DNA from: Paramecium tetraurelia
Lineage: Eukaryota
Reading direction: 5' to 3'
NCBI GenBank assembly: GCA_000165425.1
Contig: CT868485.1
Coordinates: 248,001-312,000, forward strand
Length of the DNA stretch: 64,000 nt
Each line of letters opens with the position of its first letter. Position 1 is the stretch's first letter. Below the pieces are notes generated by a model. The model was not told the DNA's origin, did not search any database, and worked only from the letters and a program-made list of their open reading frames with translations. The position numbers and the translations under genes were made by a program. This document shows positions 56,409-64,000 of this stretch, piece by piece.

Positions 56409-58305
56409 ATGAACGATTCGAAAGGACCTAAAATAATGAGTTCTCACTCATTCAATAGTATTAAGAATGAGGAGCCGAAGAAGGCTGAAGTGATCGACGA
56501 ACAATCATTATAGACCACCCAAAAGAGGGGATAACCAAAAATCAATATTAGTCGTTTGCCTCCAGCATTTGCAAATAAAAAGTATCTACTATGGTGTAAT
56601 TCAGACCACAAAAGAAATAGATAGAACCTTTGGCGTAGAAGAAGGAGTAGAAACAATAGGTACAACAGAATCTGCAGAACATAGAGGCAATACAAGAGTA
56701 CAAGTAGGTGAGCCAAATGTTAAGTCCCTTGAAGGCATTAATTATAAATCAAACCCTAGCGCGAACACAACTAGCAATCCAAGAATCCATTAGCACCTTT
56801 TCGTTAGTTCATGAAAGACCAAAAGAAAATTCATGAGGAATTAGGCCTCAGCATTAGTACTCTCGTCCAAGGTCAGATGCGCATAGAAGACATGATTACC
56901 ACGGGCACTCTACGATGTTAATATCGATTCTAAATTAATAGCCTATGGTGATCAGAGTCCTGTCAAAAAAATGCTACATGCTCCAACCATGAAACTTTAT
57001 GTTGTTAAAGAAGTAATTATCTACTCTTACACCTAGGAACCTTTGCACAACAAGGAAATTCGTAAAAACTTAAAAGACTGGATCTCCTTTTGGTAGAACA
57101 AATTTGCCAATTCAAATTTGCATGTTCAAGTCTACGCTACCTTTTGGAACACACCTGAAGGTTACGTATCCATTGTAATGGAATATATGAATGGTGGTTC
57201 ATTATAAGTAAATATTAAAATCTCATTCCTAGAATCTTCTTGAAAGCATGGGCTTCCTTCCAGAGAGAAGTATCAAGTAGCTTGTACCACCTATCCTCTA
57301 AGGATTACAAAAAATTCATTAGCAAGGAGCCTAATGTCATGGGGCTCTTGGACCATCACAAATACTCTTCCTTAGAGATGGCACTGTTAAATTAGGTCAA
57401 GGCTTGCAATACAGAGTTTAAGTCCAAGGAAATCAGCTCTTTAATTCTTACATCCTTGGGAAACCTAAAGATGTTCAAAGGTGCTTTATTCACCCTTATG
57501 AGTAGTCTTTATGATCCAACAATTCTAGAAACCCCTTCCCTCTGGAGCAAAGCATCAAGCGAGAAAGTCCATTTCCCTGCACAAGAAGATTTCATTCTTG
57601 AGAGAGCCAATGACATTTGGAAATTAGGCTGGCTAGTATTGAATTGTGCTATCGGAACACTTGAATTCCATCCCAAAGCCTAACAAATCTATGAAGGATC
57701 GAGAATCATCATTGAAGAAATTGCAAAATATACCGATCACCTCAAAGATACTTGTTGCTTACTCCATAGTGAATCGAAAGTCATTTCATTAGTTGAATAG
57801 AATCAAAAGATAGTATCTGAACCTACCAAAATTACAATTCTAGAATTACTTCCATCTGATAAATTCAGTCCAGAATTTATTCAATTTTTATGTTCAACCC
57901 TTAAAATAGATCCAAGACAGAGACAATACACTGAATAATTATTGCAACACCCATGGCTAGTAAGTGGTAGAGATCCCAAAGGTATAGGCTCTCATTTTAT
58001 TCTGATAGGACCCAATGTACAACTAAAAGAACTGCTTAACATCTCCAATGCTTGGAATGCATTTCTGCCAGAAGAGTTTTAAGGCCAAGGAGCTTAGAAA
58101 TTGGAAAGACTCTGTGATGCACTATACCTTGTCTTACAAAATTCAGAACGACCTACTGTCAATAAGTAAATCATTTAACCATTCATCAATTAGGATGTAA
58201 TTACAAGAAAACAGCCCTATTATTAAAGAATTATCCTATGATATGGGTCTTAATGCCAAGGCTGTGAGTGATCGAATTATGTCAATTTTCCAATCCTTAA
58301 TCTGA
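56409..58305 (+). CDS. MAPKK (STE7/MEK)-like pseudokinase
   Basis: KMLHAPTMKLYVVKE, YATFW...VSIVMEYMNGGSL, HGALGPSQIL, VKLGQG, NDIWKLG, FSPEFIQFLCSTLKIDPRQR...LLQHPW; several short introns. Confidence 0.85.
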
Positions 58306-58558
58306 TCTGGCATTGCACTATTATCTATATATTCCTAATTATTAGTGTTATTAAAATAATTAATAATATGTTATTCAATTTAAGAATTTGAAAGTCTCTT
58401 CTTGGTATCATTCTTCAACTTGTTATTGTTGATACCCAAATGTATTATTACTCCATATTGATACATAATTTTTAGTTCTTCAAAGAGAATATTCGTTATT
58501 CTTTTTTAACTTTTCCATTATTGTTTATAATAATCAGATATTTTAATTAATTAAGTAG

Positions 58559-59136
58559 ATGAAGCGACAGTCTGAATCAAATTTCGTTAAAGAAAAGTAC
58601 TTTTTTTAGGATAGGGACACTATCGAAGATCCCTTGGCAAATAGTATTGACGAATATCTTAAGGGGTCCAATAAAAGAATCTATGGTTTCGCCTTAGTGA
58701 GTATGCTTTCAATTCAAATTCAGGCTTTGTTTTCCTGTTGCTTTTAATTCCACCCATCATCTTAGAACCAAATCTGCTGGAACTCATTGTTTTACCATAA
58801 AAGGGAGTAACATTTGTCGTCACCAAAAACCTGAATGCTCCAATCACTTTCGAGATTATCTCTGCTCAGTCTTACTCTATATAGAATGTTCAACTTTATT
58901 TAGATGGCAATGCAATTGAACAATTTACAATATATTAAGAATTGATATCAAACTCAACACATACAATCACTAGCAATAAATCCTTTTAATTGAGTATTAA
59001 TTTAATGATCTTAGCAGTTAGATTAATATCCTAGTTTACATATATTCCTGAATCCTACCTTATTATCTAAATAGTTATGTTCGTTTTATCTTTCCTTTAT
59101 TTAATTTAAGAACTCTTACGAAAAAAGAAATTTTGA
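58559..59136 (+). CDS. Hypothetical protein with C-terminal hydrophobic segment (structure uncertain)
   Basis: Codon-like frames ending YLIIQIVMFVLSFLYLIQELLRKKKF-TGA; the frame join near 58700 is unresolved. Confidence 0.4.
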
Positions 59137-59382
59137 TTAGATATCTTTTCATATATACTTACTAAATATTAATTTTAATCGCCTTTTCTACTTTATAATA
59201 ATATTAAGTTAACTTAAACCATTTAAATTTGCACACAAAGATATTTATAAATTCTATAAATTTTCATTATTATAATCATTAAATCTATACTCTCAAATTT
59301 CACTCAGAATATATTAGAATAATACCATATTCAACATCATTATAAATCAGTCAAAAATATTATTTAATTCTGTATATCATAA

Positions 59383-60216
59383 ATGTAAGTGACATCTACA
59401 CTCTCATTGATTATAGATCATAACAAATCCTTTGAAAATCCTAAAACGTCAACCCAATTTGAGCACCCATTTAGAAGAAAATCATGTTATTGTAAATAAT
59501 GCGGAAATCAGGGTCATTTTCAATTGCAATATTCTAATTTACCAACTCTAAAAGAAATATAATTTAGTAAATAGCAGAGGATCAAAAGAAAATAGAGCTT
59601 CGGCGATGAGATTAAGACTGAAATTCCTAGTGAATTTAGTCAAATTGAAAGTGAAAATGGAAGACGAATTAGATAAACCTTTAGGTCATTTTCAATTATG
59701 AATATATAAACATAAGGAGCACAAAGATTTGAATATTTAGGAACAGAAAAGAGCAAAAAAATAAAAAGAAAAAGCTGTGAATGCAGCGAATGTGGATAAC
59801 TTAATACATTCCAAATAAAACATAAAGAATTATCGATTCTTAAAAAACAGAGAAAGATCAAAGAGTTTCAAATCAAAAGACAACGATAATTCCAAAAATA
59901 TGGATCCACTGAATTCTAAACAAGCAAGAAATTTATTTAAAAGTCTATAATTACTTCTCCTCACAGTCAAAGTCAAAGATCATTTTAGGTGAAATAAATT
60001 AACGAAATGAGAAGAACTAAAGATATTAACAAACTAATTAATAATCGGATATCAACAAGAGACTTAGAATAGCCTAAGTAGAATTAAAGTAAGTTTTCAA
60101 TAATTAACTCATGTCAATAATTAGATTCTCCATAAATTCTACAAAATTAGATTCGAAGACAAGATACTCTCAAATACTCTTTAATTTAAACTAATATAAA
60201 ATGGAAGATTCAATGA
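59383..60216 (+). CDS. Hypothetical basic protein with two RKSCxCxxCG motifs
   Basis: Open frame containing RRKSCYCKQCG and KRKSCECSECG; TGA at 60214-60216. Confidence 0.65.
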
Positions 60217-60308
60217 CTACTTATACTTTGTTCTCAGCATTATTAAATTTATAAAACTCCCAAATAATATTATAAAATATAGCAATAAAATTATTATTAT
60301 AATAGTCA

Positions 60309-60742
60309 TCAACTTTATAGTGTTCCTTTAACTTGAGTAATTCTTTCAAATTGCTTATGATTTTCTACTTTGATTTTGTTATGGTTTTCATCTCTGATAG
60401 ACTTAGTGGACAGACGAATTGGAGCATCACTTAAATTAATAATAACTGATTTTACATAAACTTGATTTGCTTTCTATTTTCAATTTGTTACAACTTCTTT
60501 GAGAGAATAAGGTTGGAGGCTGTAATTCTTGAAAGGACCTCCTTTTATTTGAAATTCTAACTATTTTGAACTTTTTTATTTGCGTCCTTTTCTTGATTAG
60601 GAAGATATATGTTACATCTTTATAGAATTTCTTCGACCTGATCAGGGAATTTGTTGTTTCTCTGCTCAATTTATTCGACTGACTTTTTATGTTTGGCGTA
60701 TTGTTGTTCCCACTATCTGGTATGGAATTAATTATTATTCAT
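60309..60742 (-). CDS. Small coiled-coil protein, CFAP97/Hemingway-like motif
   Basis: QYAKHKKSVEQI...RITASNLILSKKLQQIENR, intron, then KIKVENHKQFERITQVKGTLQS-TGA. Confidence 0.55.
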
Positions 60743-60829
60743 TAATTAATAATAATTCTTATGTTAAATCGAATAGAGATGAGATGGATTTCCTAATTTA
60801 GTGCTATTAACTATAAATAATATAAATTA

Positions 60830-63305
60830 ATGAATTCCAACAATAATTAAAACAATGACAGTTCGAGTGAGGATGATCTTTAAGTGTACGAGACACTCAC
60901 CAAACTGGCACCCCCGAATGAACTATTGCCTCGTAAATTGACAATTGACATAGATGTTAAATCCTTATATCCTCTCAAGTAATTTAATTGTAGATCTTAT
61001 AAGACCGCTCCCTCAATTTTGCAAAACCTATACAACCTTTTTTGAGGAGTCCCTGTAACGAGAATGTTCGATTCCTGACATTTAGGTGACTGATGAGAAT
61101 AGGACACTCCTAGATTATTACGAAGAAAATAAACAGAACTTAGTATACAAACGATTCGACCAGTTGGATTTAGGCAAAAGGACTTCAAATGACCGAACAT
61201 ATTTTGCTAGTCTCATAGCCAATTTTAAGAGGTATGGACAATTCTAAATGAAGAACATAACCAAGAGTCTTTTTCAGAGGAGAAGCACTTTTTGATTAAA
61301 AATTAACACCTTGTCCTTCTGATTAAATATAATTTGATTCCAATTTTGAATCAGGCAATCTTTTCTGCGCATTCAAAAAAGCATAAAATGTTTATGATCT
61401 CATAATTCAAAATGACATCAACACCAGAGGCAACACATAATGGTTTTTTTTTAGCGTAACTGGAGCCAAAGCAGGTTAAACCATTTAGTTTAACATCCTC
61501 AATCATGTATTTGGACCAGTAATTAATTTTAGCTCAAAACTGGGAGTCTTTTCAATGAAGGCCTACAACCAGCTGTCTATTCCGTAAAAGAGAATCAATT
61601 AATAGGCACTGAATGGTGTAGAGATGGATTTAACATAAGCTATTTCAAAAGCGTATTCATGAAAGAGTATCCTCTCTCTTTAAAGAAGAAATATTATCAA
61701 TTAAGATTTCATTACACATTTAAACATGAAGGAGACAAGGTTTACTTTGCTCACTCCTACCCTTATACTTATACAAATCTATTGGAGTTTCTGAATACCC
61801 AATTGGAAGATCAAGAACGAAACTAGTAATTTTAAATTTTAATTATTTAGATACTTATCTCGAAAAGTATTGTGTACAACTCTTGGTGGAAACACATGTG
61901 AAGTCCTAACTATCACTTCTAATTCGTTGTAGAAGAGGGCTTTTAGAAAGGGAGTAGTGTTTTTAGCCAGATAACATCCTGGCGAGCCTCAAGCATCCTA
62001 TGTTATGCAAGGCATTATAGACTTTCTGACATCGAATAATCCATAAGCAGACTATTTAAGATAGAATTGCATTTTTAAAATCTTCCCTATGATGAATACT
62101 GATGGGGTAGTCAATGGAAATTACAGGTGTGGTCTTGAAGGAGGTGATCTTAATAGAAGATGGAAGAAGCCCAACAAATATTTACATCCAAGTGTGTATT
62201 ATGCGAAGAAATATGTAAAGGGATTTAGCAAGGAAAGGCAAATATTGTTGGTAGTTGATTTGCATGGTCATTCAAGAAAGTAATGAGGATTTATATCTTA
62301 GACAATCATCATTTGTATATGGTTGCGCTTACTCATCCTAAGTAAAGACTATTGAAAGAGTATTTGCACTTTTGATGTCCAAGGTAAATCCATTCATGGA
62401 TTATTCCTCTTGCACTTTCAGGGTTGAGAGTGCAAAGGATAAAACTGCCAGGATTCAAATTTGGAGAGAACTCAAAATCAACTGGGTCTATACTTATGAA
62501 TGTAGTTTCTATGGTCAACAGAAGAAGCATTATTAGATAAAGGATTACTTGAATTGTGGAGTCAGTATATGCAATGCCTTGTCTCAAATAGTCAAGGACA
62601 CTACGAAGGAATTCACTAATTAGTCTAATTAACCGGATATTTAGCAATAGATGTTGGAAGAATTGGGCAAGATGCCTCAGACTGATGACTAAGATATAGG
62701 ATCAGATTCAAGTCAATCTGAGGCAGAATTATCAGATGATGAGTTGGTTTAATTGTTCCAACCCAAGACCTATTCAATCAAACAGAAAAAACCTTTTAAA
62801 ATAATAGGAAACAAATAATAAAAAAAAACCATAATAACCGAATAGTAATTTAAAATCAACAATAGCTTCACAAAAAGCATCGATCTTGTAGGAGTCCCCC
62901 TCCAAAAATTCAGAATAAAAACCGCCTATGAGTAGCCAAAAGCCGAAGAATCCTTTATATCGAATCCAAGCTCCATTGAGAGTACGATAATTAGACTAAG
63001 TAAAATAACCAGAGACACCCCTAATGGTTGACAAATCGGTTTAGACTGACGATTGGATGTATCGTTAGTGGCTGATTCAGATGGGAAAGCTAAAGAAACA
63101 GCAAGAGTTCCAGAGTTTTACACCAACTCGAAATATTTACAAGTCATCATCTCAATCAGTGACTAGATTTGTTGTCAAGAATTCCACGATGAAGAATGAT
63201 CGAGGCCGAGTCGACTCCATTTCCCTTATGGCATCCGGTTTGCAAAATAAACTAAGTAAAATGTAGTTAACAAATAAGTTTCTTCCAGTCAATAGCGCTA
63301 AATGA
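60830..63305 (+). CDS. Cytosolic carboxypeptidase (CCP/AGBL/Nna1 family, M14D; tubulin deglutamylase type)
   Basis: FDSNFESGNL, NTQWFFF, YFAHSYPYTY, ARQHPGE, PMMNTDGVVNGNYRC, DLNRRW, DLHGHSRK, YTYECSF. Confidence 0.95.
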
Positions 63306-63908
63306 TGAGATACTCTGGTAGTAATTTTATGTCTTGAAATTGTTATTTATTAAATTATAGTTCTATTCTGTATTCCTCACATTCAACATTATCAATTATA
63401 ACATAATTATTTACAAATTATAATTGACTGACAGACAATTGAATGGCTCTGTTTCTTAAGATTTATTTGCAATGATTCATATAGTTATTTTCCACAGACA
63501 AACATTATTTATTACTATTTATGTGAAGGTAAATATTGTTAAGCTCCCTTTTAGTTAGTTAAATCTTTTTAGGGGCATTCTTCTTTGGAATTAAAATATA
63601 TTAGTTTAGAATAGATCCAAGTTTTATTCGGAATTTATTCTAATTTAAGTTATTATAATAATCACTTTTTCTCTAATTATCATTTTTAAATTAATTTTGT
63701 TTATCTTATACAAAATTAGATTAAATTAGATTAGATAAACATGTTAAATTTATGAAGAGAAGATAAACTATTAGGCTTAAAATAGATAGTAAAAATGAAA
63801 TTGAATAGTTTGACATATATTTATAATTTGTTACAATGAGAGAGGTTGTATATTTTAATTAAGAATAAATATTATTATTTTGATGATGATAATATGTGTG
63901 TATATATA

Positions 63909-64000
63909 TCACTCTAGATGAGCCCATAAATCTTCAAGATATGGCAACTTTCTTCCCCACATGAAGGAACAATGACCAGCATCGTAGAATTTAAGTTCTT
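63909..64000 (-). CDS. C-terminus of an alpha/beta-hydrolase lipase (truncated by window edge)
   Basis: ELKFYDAGHCSFMWGRKLPYLEDLWAHLE-TGA resembles the acid-lipase H-x-x-F-x-W-G motif. Confidence 0.55.
   Translation of the reverse strand, partial: ELKFYDAGHCSFMWGRKLPYLEDLWAHLE

Overview
AT-rich, gene-dense eukaryotic DNA from a ciliate, most likely the somatic macronuclear genome of Paramecium. TAA and TAG read as Gln, TGA is the only stop, introns are about 20-30 nt GT...AG, and intergenic gaps are often under 60 nt. The supplied standard-code ORF track is therefore mostly fragments or shadows. Retranslating by eye with the ciliate code gives about 30 genes. These include a Myb factor, kinases (EF-hand, Polo, PKG-like, MEK-like), a WD40 protein, farnesyltransferase beta, two dual-specificity phosphatases, a head-to-head pair of Trf4/PAPD5-type nucleotidyltransferases, an MFS transporter, an Aha1-N protein, a ~3,100-aa HECT ligase, SPT16, a PB1-ZZ protein, a CXC/tesmin protein and a cytosolic carboxypeptidase, plus several decayed coding-like stretches. 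Most notable are five apparent pseudoenzymes (three kinases, a Yvh1-like phosphatase, a SENP/Ulp1-like protease), a GGA-like VHS-GAT-adaptin-ear protein, the inverted nucleotidyltransferase pair and a candidate structured RNA upstream of SPT16. All calls come from manual translation and motif recognition; no searches were run, and start codons and exon boundaries are approximate.
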